DNA of 64,000 nucleotides from Pseudomonadota bacterium (GTDB lineage Bacteria; Pseudomonadota; Alphaproteobacteria; Micavibrionales; UBA1664): NCBI GenBank assembly GCA_009926935.1, contig RFNZ01000007.1, positions 14,200 to 78,199 of the forward strand, read 5' to 3'. Shown piece by piece: positions 49,872 to 57,740 of this stretch (position 1 is its first letter; each line of letters starts with the position of its first letter). The notes under the pieces were generated by a model. It saw only the letters and a program-made list of their open reading frames with translations, ran no database searches and was not told where the DNA came from. The position numbers and the translations under genes were made by a program.

Positions 49872-50564
49872 ATGATGGCGCAAATTGGATTCATTCTGTG
49901 GGTTTTTGTGACGGGGGCTGTGCTTAGCTTTCTGTTCTGGTCTGTCATGGTTTCTTTGGCTCAAAAGAAGGCATGGCGCGAGTTTGCCAAGAGATACAAG
50001 CTGACGCTTGATGAGGGTGAAAAATCACGCGACCCAATGTTTATGACGGGCAATCTGAACGGGCGTCTTCTCAACATATATTCGGAAATCGAAAAAGACG
50101 ATGAGGAGCGTACCCAGCGCATCTATACTCATGTCGAGGTGTTTTTTTATAAGGTACCGCCTACCTTGTTTGTTATTTCAAAAAAAGCTCTGCCAAAAGC
50201 ATTTCAGGATGTGGGAGCAGAGCAGGTTTTTAACATCAAGTCACCTGATTGGACTAATCCTGCGTATTCCGTGACGGATGATGTTTCCCTACTGACTACG
50301 TGGCTTACGCCGCTGCGCCTTAAGGCACTCCGTAGTTTTTTTGATATGGCAGAGCAAAAAGGCATTGAGACGATGCTCATGGGCGATGGCGAGACTGCGT
50401 TTTTACTCTGGCGGGCGAATGAGCCGCTGGCTGATGCGCGAGCCGTTAACGCCCTAGTTCAAAAGCTTTATGCTTTTGCCAGGGATTTCGATGCCGAGGA
50501 TATCGGCACGATCGCAAAGCCAAAGGCATCCAGCGAAATGGCGCCTGTTGATAGCCCTGCCTGA
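49872..50564 (+). CDS. Hypothetical membrane protein
   Basis: The N-terminal TM segment IGFILWVFVTGAVLSFLFWSVMVSLA is followed by a soluble region with no recognised motif. Confidence 0.5.
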   Translation: MMAQIGFILWVFVTGAVLSFLFWSVMVSLAQKKAWREFAKRYKLTLDEGEKSRDPMFMTGNLNGRLLNIYSEIEKDDEERTQRIYTHVEVFFYKVPPTLFVISKKALPKAFQDVGAEQVFNIKSPDWTNPAYSVTDDVSLLTTWLTPLRLKALRSFFDMAEQKGIETMLMGDGETAFLLWRANEPLADARAVNALVQKLYAFARDFDAEDIGTIAKPKASSEMAPVDSPA

Positions 50565-52099
50565 GAAGCCAAAACCAAGCCATCCTGTTTAAAATCGTGC
50601 GCGAAAGATTCCCTTGTGTTACCAAGGTTAAAAACGCACAAAGCATTCATATTGTTATGGTGGCGCGTAAATGCCAGTACATTGTTTTTCGTGTCTAGAA
50701 AAGTGATGTTGCCTTTTATCAATGCTTCGTTTTTACGGCGGTAGTGCAGCAATTTTTCTGCAAATTTTAGTGTCGAGCGTTCATCCTTCTGCTGCGCTTC
50801 GGCACTTAATCCGGTGTGCTTTTCGTAAAGGGGCAACCAAGGTGAGCCATCGGTAAAGCCCATGTTGGCGGCGTTGTTCCAAGGCATGGGTGTGCGACAG
50901 CCATCACGGCCTTGCCATACGGGCCATAAATGCTTGCCCCATGGGTCTTGCAATTGTTCGTAAGTCAATATGGCTTCGGGTAGGCCTAGTTCCTCACCCT
51001 GATAGAGGCATACCGTGCCGCGCAGGCATGTCAGCAGGGCCAGAAGCATTTTTGCGAATTCGGGGCTTTCATGGCCAAAGCGGGTTGGTGCGCGCACCAC
51101 ATCGTGGTTTGAGAAGGCCCATGTGGGCCATGTTTTGCCGGTGCCGATTGCCAGTTCATCCATGACTGCTTTTTTGATGTAATCAGGCGTTAGCTGCTTT
51201 TTTTGGCCTGCCATAAAAGCGAAGGAATAGCAGGTATCAAGGCGGTTGTGTGCGCCGTATTCGGCCATGCGTTCCAGTGGCCTATCATCGCCAATCTCGC
51301 CCAGTAGAAATTTGTCGCCGGCTGTTTTTCTAAGGCGTTCGATAAAGGCAAGGTTTTCAGGCTGCGACTTGTCGTAGACATGGTTTTGCATGTTGTACGG
51401 GTCCGGTTTTTCAAATTGCGTGGCGGCGCCCAGTGATGCGTCACGCGCGGGGTTATCGCGCAGCAATTTGTCGTGGAAATAGAAATTCACGACATCGAGG
51501 CGCAGGCCATCGACGCCTTTATCGAACCAGAATTGGCATGTTTCCAGCACATCGTGCTGCACGGTTTCGTCATGGAAATTGAGGTCTGGTTGCGATGGCA
51601 GGAAGTTGTGCAGGTAGTATTGGCCGCGCAATGGGTCGAAGGTCCAGGCAGGGCCGCCAAAGACGGATACCCAGTTGTTGGGCGGGCTGCCGTCCGGTTT
51701 TGGGTTGGCCCAGACGTAGCGGTTGCAGGTTTTACTGGCGCGCGATGCCTTGAACCATTCGTGTTCATGGGAGGTGTGGCTGAGCACCACATCGAAAATG
51801 ATTTTGAGGCCTTGTTTGTGCGCTTCGGCAATCAGCTTTTCGCAATCGACCATGGTGCCGAATAAAGGGTCGATGGCGCGGTAGTCGCTGACATCGTACC
51901 CAAAGTCGCGCTGGGGGGATTTGAAAATGGGGGAGAGCCAGAGGGCGTCAACGCCGAGGGAGGCCAGATAGGGCAGGCGTGTGATGATGCCGAGAATATC
52001 GCCAACGCCGTCGGCATTGCTATCCTGAAAAGAGCGTGGATAGATTTGGTAAATGACAGCGCCCTGCCACCACGCTTTGGGATGAAGGGGCGCTGCCAT
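50468..52099 (-). CDS. GH13 alpha-glucosidase / oligo-1,6-glucosidase family
   Basis: WWQGAVIYQIYPRSFQDSNADGVGD, GVDGLRLDVV, LGEIG and FSNHD are the GH13 conserved regions. Confidence 0.9.
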   Translation of the reverse strand: MAAPLHPKAWWQGAVIYQIYPRSFQDSNADGVGDILGIITRLPYLASLGVDALWLSPIFKSPQRDFGYDVSDYRAIDPLFGTMVDCEKLIAEAHKQGLKIIFDVVLSHTSHEHEWFKASRASKTCNRYVWANPKPDGSPPNNWVSVFGGPAWTFDPLRGQYYLHNFLPSQPDLNFHDETVQHDVLETCQFWFDKGVDGLRLDVVNFYFHDKLLRDNPARDASLGAATQFEKPDPYNMQNHVYDKSQPENLAFIERLRKTAGDKFLLGEIGDDRPLERMAEYGAHNRLDTCYSFAFMAGQKKQLTPDYIKKAVMDELAIGTGKTWPTWAFSNHDVVRAPTRFGHESPEFAKMLLALLTCLRGTVCLYQGEELGLPEAILTYEQLQDPWGKHLWPVWQGRDGCRTPMPWNNAANMGFTDGSPWLPLYEKHTGLSAEAQQKDERSTLKFAEKLLHYRRKNEALIKGNITFLDTKNNVLAFTRHHNNMNALCVFNLGNTRESFAHDFKQDGLVLASQAGLSTGAISLDAFGFAIVPISSASKSLAKA

Positions 52100-52104
52100 G
52101 ATGA

Positions 52105-52656
52105 TTATTGGGCTGCTGCTGGTGCTTCGTCTTTTGCGTCTTCCGCCATTTGCATTTTGATGATTTTATCTGGGTTTGATGGTGGCTCACCGCGTTTGAT
52201 TTTGTCGATATACGGCATGCCGTCTATCACTTGGCCCCAAATGGTGTATTGGCCGTTGAGGAATGAGCAATCGTCAAAGCAGATGAAAAACTGCGAGTTG
52301 GCGGAATTTGGATCGTTGGTGCGGGCGGCGCCCACGGTGCCACGGCCAAAGTTGGCGTTTGAAAATTCAGCAGGAAGATCAGGCAAATCGGAGCCGCCTG
52401 AGCCCGTGCCCGTTGGGTCGCCTGTTTGGGCCATAAAGCCATCGATGACGCGGTGGAAAACGATGCCGTTATAGAACCCTTTTTTTGTGAGTTCCTTGAT
52501 GCGTTCAACGTGCTTTGGGGCGATGTCGGGCTTGAGTTCGATGACAACGCGGCCTGCGGGCACGTCCATGTAAACTAGGTTGGCTTTATCCTGTGCGTTG
52601 GCGGCGGCGGTGGTCATCAGAAGGGCTCCGAGGGCTAGGGTTAGCAGTGTTTTCAT
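52105..52656 (-). CDS. Periplasmic cyclophilin-type peptidyl-prolyl cis-trans isomerase
   Basis: Signal peptide MKTLLTLALGALLMTTAAANA, plus FHRVIDGFMAQTGDP. The ATG at 52656 is preceded by GGAGAA. The ORF-track start at 52770 adds an implausible 38 aa. Confidence 0.9.
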   Translation of the reverse strand: MKTLLTLALGALLMTTAAANAQDKANLVYMDVPAGRVVIELKPDIAPKHVERIKELTKKGFYNGIVFHRVIDGFMAQTGDPTGTGSGGSDLPDLPAEFSNANFGRGTVGAARTNDPNSANSQFFICFDDCSFLNGQYTIWGQVIDGMPYIDKIKRGEPPSNPDKIIKMQMAEDAKDEAPAAAQ

Positions 52657-52900
52657 GTTTGGATTCTCCGGTAGCAGTTCGGGCGGTAGAATAGCCGCAA
52701 TTGCGGCCCTTTGCCAGCCTCCAAAAACGCACCATTTGCTTTTTACCCCAAAATGGGCGTATGGTGGCACTTGTTCGAGACCTTACGTTCTGACTTGCTA
52801 CGCCTAACGGCTTCTTCCAAGACACGTCACTTTTCGGATAGGGTAATCCTGCAATCGTGCAGGGGCTCAGCACGAAAGTGCTTTTATCAAGGAGGCCACT

Positions 52901-53107
52901 ATGGCAACAGGTACAGTTAAATGGTTTAATTCGCAAAAAGGCTTCGGCTTCATTCAACCTGATGATGGTTCGGGCGATGTTTTCGTTCACATCAGCGCTG
53001 TTGAAAAAGCCGGTATGCGCGGCCTGAATGAAGGCCAGAAAATCGCGTTCGACATTACGTCTGAGCGCGGCAAAAACGCTGCCACCAACCTGCGCGAAGC
53101 TGCTTAA
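52901..53107 (+). CDS. cspA: Cold-shock protein (CspA family)
   Basis: RNP1 is KGFGFI and RNP2 is VFVHISA. 68 aa, with AAGGAGG upstream. Confidence 0.93.
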   Translation: MATGTVKWFNSQKGFGFIQPDDGSGDVFVHISAVEKAGMRGLNEGQKIAFDITSERGKNAATNLREAA

Positions 53108-53138
53108 CAAGCCGCGTTTAACTAAAGAACGATACGGG

Positions 53139-53165
53139 AGCCCAGTGGAAACACTGGGCTTTTTG
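53139..53165 (+). terminator. Rho-independent terminator of cspA
   Basis: AGCCCAGTG-GAAA-CACTGGGCT is followed by TTTTTG, 31 nt after the cspA stop. Confidence 0.8.
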
Positions 53166-53382
53166 CTGCGCGCCAAAACACCTTGCAGGAAACGCCGCTG
53201 GCGGGCCAGCAGCGCCGCAAGCCGCATGGCTGTACCCGAGCGCCAGCCGTGCTGCTGCGCATTGAGGGCTGAGCGGGATTTGCCTTGCACGGTGCGCGGC
53301 CCCGTGGCATGTACCCACGGTTTTTGTGTACGGGCACGGGCGGATTGCGCGGCCCTTTGCGCCTCTGTCCATCGCCTTGTTT

Positions 53383-53799
53383 TCATTTTGGTTTTTCACC
53401 CCCTTTCAGTTCGTTCGCACGATTTTTTTCAAGCGCTTCGATGGTGGCGCGGCATTGTTTTTGGGCGCGGAGGGCGAAATTGATTTGGTCATCCTTCAGG
53501 CGCGGGACGCCATCCTCAAATTTATAGTTGCTGTGTATGTCGCGCATGACGATGCGTTTGAACAGGGCATCGAGCACGCGGGCCTGCGTGTAGAGCATGC
53601 CCGTGCAGTCAGCCCCGCTTTCGAGGCTGCGTTCAAGATCCGCCATCAGGGCCGTGAGGCCCGCTTCGGTTGAGGAGGGGCGGTTGAGGGCTTCGAGGCT
53701 CCGCGCGGCCTCCCGCAAGGGTGGGGGCGGGGGTGGCAGAACCTGCCCTTCGCCTTCCTTGCGCCCGCCTTCCAGCGGCGGGGTTTCTTCATTGGTCAC
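53383..53799 (-). CDS. Hypothetical protein (138 aa)
   Basis: ORF with a Pro-rich N-terminus and helical remainder (...TQARVLDALFKRIVMRD...ALRAQKQCRATIEALEK). Its stop overlaps, as ATGA, the start of a following ORF. No domain recognised. Confidence 0.4.
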   Translation of the reverse strand: MTNEETPPLEGGRKEGEGQVLPPPPPPLREAARSLEALNRPSSTEAGLTALMADLERSLESGADCTGMLYTQARVLDALFKRIVMRDIHSNYKFEDGVPRLKDDQINFALRAQKQCRATIEALEKNRANELKGGEKPK

Positions 53800-53911
53800 A
53801 AGGAGAGTATAGGATTAAATTCCTTGATGGGCAAGTTTTTATGTGGTGTAATCGGGGTATTCAACGCCACGAGTCCGTCTCGCGGCGTTTTTTGTTTTGG
53901 AGGGTTACCCC

Positions 53912-54679
53912 GTGAGAATTGAGCTGAATAAAAACTTTGCACCCAATAGTGATGTTGATGGTTACGACGTGCGGCAGATGAAGAAGGCGCTGAACCGCCT
54001 TAGGTATTACATGCCACCACGCGATTCAGGGATCAGTGCGATTATCGATGGGGCTGTGTTTAAATCCCTCAAGCAGTTTCAGGCGGATCGTGGATTAAAA
54101 GCCACAGGTGTTGCGCGGCCGAATGATAAGACTGTTACCGCCATGAATGAGGCCTTGGCAGAAAAGCCTGACGGGAAATATATCTGGCGAACGGTGGGTG
54201 ACGAGGATGTGCGCCCAGAGCATGCAGCACTTGCAGATACGGTTAGAAGCTATGCGGATTCACCGGACCCCGGAGAGGATTATAATTGCAGGTGCTGGGC
54301 GGAGAAGATTGAGGACATTGATGATCCTCCGATTCAGCCTGTTTACCCCGAAGCGTTATTGCTTCCTTTGCTGCGAGTAGGCAAAATCTACACGCTTTGG
54401 AAAATATGGTCGGAAATAAAAAAACCGGAATGGACGTTAGGAAAGCATAAGTCACCGACACGATGGGGTAATCAGCTTAGAAACAGGCGTTGGACGCCTG
54501 AGCAGATTACCAAAACGATTGAAAAAGGCGCCAAGTATCCAGCGCCCAATAAGGTCAATAAAGGTAATACTGCTACACGTTATGAGTATGAAGGTCGCTA
54601 TGTTGTAAAAGATGATCAAACTAACGAGATATTACAAGTAGGCGGAGAAGATTTTAAAAGGCCTGTGTTTCGGAGATAG
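53912..54679 (+). CDS. Composite toxin-like protein: PG-binding-like domain, MuF/SPP1-gp7 C-terminal motif and colicin-E5-like tRNase domain
   Basis: The GTG at 53912 lies 8 nt after GGAGG. PG_binding_1-like pattern: VRQMKKALNRLRYY...IDGAVFKSLKQFQADRGLKATG. MuF signature: VRPEHAALADTV...DPGEDYNCRCWAE. The C-terminal RRWTPEQITKTIEKGA...ATRYEYEGRYVVKDDQTNEILQVG parallels the colicin E5 RNase domain as I recall it. Confidence 0.65.
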   Translation: MRIELNKNFAPNSDVDGYDVRQMKKALNRLRYYMPPRDSGISAIIDGAVFKSLKQFQADRGLKATGVARPNDKTVTAMNEALAEKPDGKYIWRTVGDEDVRPEHAALADTVRSYADSPDPGEDYNCRCWAEKIEDIDDPPIQPVYPEALLLPLLRVGKIYTLWKIWSEIKKPEWTLGKHKSPTRWGNQLRNRRWTPEQITKTIEKGAKYPAPNKVNKGNTATRYEYEGRYVVKDDQTNEILQVGGEDFKRPVFRR

Positions 54680-54682
54680 AAG

Positions 54683-55234
54683 ATGACAAATAAAACAACT
54701 GTAAAAATCTACGTGGCACTTCTGGAAGAAGGAACGCCGACATACAAAGAAACATCTGCCGAAGTGATTGGGGATGGCTTGTACAAACTCTTGCCGAGCG
54801 CGAATTATGATCCTGAAGATGAGATTTGGGGGTTTGTGCCAGGCACGATTGTTCGTGGCGTAAATAAAGCTTTTGAAAGCGGTGATGCTTTGGCTGCGGT
54901 TCGTGTGCCTGTGCCAAGAGTAGAGATACTGCGGCATTACCCTGATAAAAAAACAGCCTCGATTGAAGTGCCGTTTAGAGTGGGCAGTAAGGTAGGTACA
55001 AAAACTGTGGAAGCACTGGATTTGAAAAACGGTTTTTACAAGTTATTGCCTAATGAGTTCGGATCTATGGATGGGCTTGAGTTTGAGTTTGAGTGTGGTT
55101 CTGTTGTGTATGCAGTCGTTGATAATAAAACAGGTAAAAAGACGGCTTTTGTGCAATTGCGTGAAGACAGATTGGATGGTGAATTTGCTGGGTACCTGAG
55201 GCAAAAGGTTCGCATGGGGGAATCGCCAGATTGA
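54683..55234 (+). CDS. Candidate immunity protein (183 aa, internally duplicated domain)
   Basis: Starts 3 nt after the toxin stop. Two homologous halves are marked by DGLYKLLPSANYDPEDEIWGFVPGTIV and NGFYKLLPNEFGSMDGLEFEFECGSVV. Confidence 0.6.
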   Translation: MTNKTTVKIYVALLEEGTPTYKETSAEVIGDGLYKLLPSANYDPEDEIWGFVPGTIVRGVNKAFESGDALAAVRVPVPRVEILRHYPDKKTASIEVPFRVGSKVGTKTVEALDLKNGFYKLLPNEFGSMDGLEFEFECGSVVYAVVDNKTGKKTAFVQLREDRLDGEFAGYLRQKVRMGESPD

Positions 55235-55266
55235 TGATAAACCTGCTATAAAGTTGGAGAAGTAAT

Positions 55267-55590
55267 ATGTTGCGTGGAAAAATGTATCGCGATTTTAAAG
55301 ATATTGAAAATTGCCTGCTTATCATTGGCGGTATTGAAGACTATCGCGCAGCAGCGGAGTTCTTACAAAATCATAAAAGCTCAACCGTGTTTTTTAAGGA
55401 TGTTGTATCTTTGGAGGGCGGGAACGAAACGGACGGCCGCCAGCTTACGTTTATGCCTCATGAAATCCAAGAATTCCGTGAAGTCTGCATAAACCTTTCA
55501 AGCCATGAAAAACCAGTTCATCATTACATGAGCAAGGATAGTATCGAGCTGCTGATTTCTTGCGGTGAGTACGATCACTTTCCAAGCTAG
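55267..55590 (+). CDS. Hypothetical small protein (107 aa), possible second immunity or orphan gene
   Basis: AT-rich ORF 32 nt downstream of the previous gene, with GGAGAAG upstream of the ATG. No motif recognised. Confidence 0.5.
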   Translation: MLRGKMYRDFKDIENCLLIIGGIEDYRAAAEFLQNHKSSTVFFKDVVSLEGGNETDGRQLTFMPHEIQEFREVCINLSSHEKPVHHYMSKDSIELLISCGEYDHFPS

Positions 55591-55619
55591 GTTTCAGGAT
55601 GCTTAGGAAGCTGTATGCG

Positions 55620-56918
55620 TTATCCAAACACTCCCTTAAAAATCTTGTCGACATGCTTGGTGTAGAAAGAGTTGTCGAAGATGGCGTCGATGGCTTGGGG
55701 TTTCAGTTTTTTGGAGACGATTTTGTCTTTTTTGAGAAGGGCGGCGAATGATTTTTCACCGTCGGCATCCCAGACTTCCATCGCGTTTTTTTGCACAATA
55801 CGGTAGGCGTCTTCCCGCGCGACGCCTGCCTGCGTAAGGGCCAGCAGCACGCGCTGGCTGTAGACAAGCCCGCCGAGGCTGTTCAGGTTTTTCTTCATGC
55901 GTTCTGGGTAGACAATCAATTGTTCGATAACGCCTGCCATGCGGCCCAGTGCGAAATCGAGGGCGATTGTGGCATCTGGCCCTATTACACGCTCGACCGA
56001 TGAATGGCTGATGTCGCGTTCGTGCCACAGGGCCACGTTTTCCATCGCGGGCACCACGGCCATGCGGACGACGCGGGCCAAACCGCAAATGTTTTCCGTG
56101 AGGATAGGGTTCTTTTTATGCGGCATGGCGCTTGAGCCTTTTTGGCCTTTGCTGAAATACTCGGCGGCTTCGCGCACCTCCGTACGTTGTAAATGCCGCA
56201 CTTCGGTTGCCAGATTTTCCATGCAGGACGCCGTAATGCCGAGGGCCGCGAAAAACGCCGCGTATCTATCCCGCGGGATGACTTGGGTGGACACGCTTTC
56301 AGCGACCAGCCCCATTTTTTTGGCGACGTGTTGTTGCACGGCGGGGTCGACCGAGGCGTGGGTGCCGACGGGGCCGGATATCATGCAAACAGCCACTTCT
56401 TTACGTGCGGCCTCCAAGCGTTCTTTGCAACGCTTAAACGCAGCATAATGCCCCGCGAGTTTAAGGCCGAATGTTGTGGGTTCCGCGTGGATGCCGTGGC
56501 TGCGGCCAACGCAGATTGTTTTTTTATGCTCAAGTGCGCGGGTTTTGAGGGCGGCTAGTAAACGGTCCACATCCTTAATAATAATATCGAGCGCCTGTGT
56601 GCACTGGACGGAAAAGCAGGTATCGACGACGTCGCTGCTTGTCATGCCCTGATGGATGAAGCGGGCTTCAGGCCCTACGTATTCAGCGACGTTGGTTAAA
56701 AACGCGATGACATCGTGTTTGACCTCCCGCTCGATTTCGTCGATCCGCGCGACATCGAATTTGGCTTTCTTGCGGGTTTTGGCGGCCACGCCCTTCGGGA
56801 TGACGCCCAGTTTTTCCATGGCTTCGGCTGCGTAGATTTCAATATCGAGCCAGATGGCGAACCTGTTTTCTGGTTCCCAGATTTTTTGCATTTCAGGGCG
56901 GGTGTAACGGGGGATCAT
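55620..56918 (-). CDS. purB: Adenylosuccinate lyase
   Basis: Fumarate-lyase signature GSSAMPHKKNP and an MIPRYTRPEM N-terminus. The 16 extra codons in the ORF-track start (MDSCLRRNDKKNEGSD) are a translation of the palindromic repeat. Confidence 0.93.
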   Translation of the reverse strand: MIPRYTRPEMQKIWEPENRFAIWLDIEIYAAEAMEKLGVIPKGVAAKTRKKAKFDVARIDEIEREVKHDVIAFLTNVAEYVGPEARFIHQGMTSSDVVDTCFSVQCTQALDIIIKDVDRLLAALKTRALEHKKTICVGRSHGIHAEPTTFGLKLAGHYAAFKRCKERLEAARKEVAVCMISGPVGTHASVDPAVQQHVAKKMGLVAESVSTQVIPRDRYAAFFAALGITASCMENLATEVRHLQRTEVREAAEYFSKGQKGSSAMPHKKNPILTENICGLARVVRMAVVPAMENVALWHERDISHSSVERVIGPDATIALDFALGRMAGVIEQLIVYPERMKKNLNSLGGLVYSQRVLLALTQAGVAREDAYRIVQKNAMEVWDADGEKSFAALLKKDKIVSKKLKPQAIDAIFDNSFYTKHVDKIFKGVFG

Positions 56919-56939
56919 GTCACTTCCTTCATTCTTTTT

Positions 56940-57011
56940 GTCATTCCTGCGGAGGCAGGAATCCACGGGCCGGAAGGCGGATGGGTGGATCCCAGCCTTC
57001 GCTGGGATGAC
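56940..57011. repeat. REP/MITE-like palindromic element, copy B (two inverted ~25-nt units)
   Basis: The forward unit is GTCATTCCTGCGGAGGCAGGAATCCAC (56940-56966). The reverse unit GGATCCCAGCCTTCGCTGGGATGACG (56988-57011) reverse-complements to CGTCATCCCAGCGAAGGCTGGGATCC. The forward unit differs from copy A at one position. Confidence 0.8.
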
Positions 57012-57029
57012 GATATAATTTTTTACTTC

Positions 57030-57740
57030 TTAAAGTAAGCCCTGTTTTTTAAAGCTGGTGTGGCCGGTGCGGGCGATGATGAGGTGGTCGTGGACCACAA
57101 TGCCGAGGGGGTCCATGGCCCTGACTATTTCGTTTGTTAAAATGATGTCAGCCTCGGACGGGGTAGGGTCGCCTGACGGGTGGTTATGGACCAGAATGAT
57201 GGCTGTTGCGCCGTGGGCGAGGGCGCGTTTGACAATCTCGCGCGGGAAAACGGCAGAGCTGTCGACCGTGCCTTGCTGGTGAATCTCATCGGCCTCCAGC
57301 ATGTTTTTGCGGTTGAGGTAGAGCACACGGAATTGTTCGACCTTTTCGCGCGCCATCACGGTGTGGCAGTAATCAAGCACACGCTGCCAGCTATTAAGGA
57401 TGGGCATGTTTTCAATGTTGCTTTTGGCAATGCGGTTTGATGCAGCCTCGACCGCCTTGAGGGCGATGGCTGCGCCTTCTGTCATGCCTTCGACTTCCAG
57501 TAAGTTTTCGGGCGTGGCTGCGAACACGTTGCCAATATCGCCAAAGCGCTTGAGCAGATTTTTGGCAATCGGTTTTACATCGCGGCGCGGAATGGCCATG
57601 AACAGCAGGAGTTCCAGCAGCTCGTAATCGGCAAGGGCGCTAGGCCCCGCATCCATAAAGCGGGATTTAAGCCGCGCGCGGTGGCCTTCGTGGTCTGGCG
57701 TCACCTTCGGGCCGCGGGCGTGGTGTTTTTCTGCCGTCAT
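57030..57740 (-). CDS. radC: RadC-family JAB/MPN-domain protein
   Basis: HNHPSGDPTPS JAMM-like motif, and an N-terminal HhH region LADYELLELLLF. Confidence 0.85.
   Translation of the reverse strand: MTAEKHHARGPKVTPDHEGHRARLKSRFMDAGPSALADYELLELLLFMAIPRRDVKPIAKNLLKRFGDIGNVFAATPENLLEVEGMTEGAAIALKAVEAASNRIAKSNIENMPILNSWQRVLDYCHTVMAREKVEQFRVLYLNRKNMLEADEIHQQGTVDSSAVFPREIVKRALAHGATAIILVHNHPSGDPTPSEADIILTNEIVRAMDPLGIVVHDHLIIARTGHTSFKKQGLL

Noticed and set aside
52586-53110. The distal two-thirds of the 266-aa minus-strand ORF, as a real coding region.
   Set aside because: It runs antisense through cspA and its terminator, and its translation looks like shadow sequence. Only the first ~90 codons look protein-like; that case is reported as a finding rather than a feature.
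56919-56966. N-terminal extension of purB (MDSCLRRNDKKNEGSD) from the ORF track.
   Set aside because: It is a translation of the palindromic repeat unit and starts at a GTG. The conserved PurB N-terminus MIPRYTRPEM begins at the ATG at 56918.
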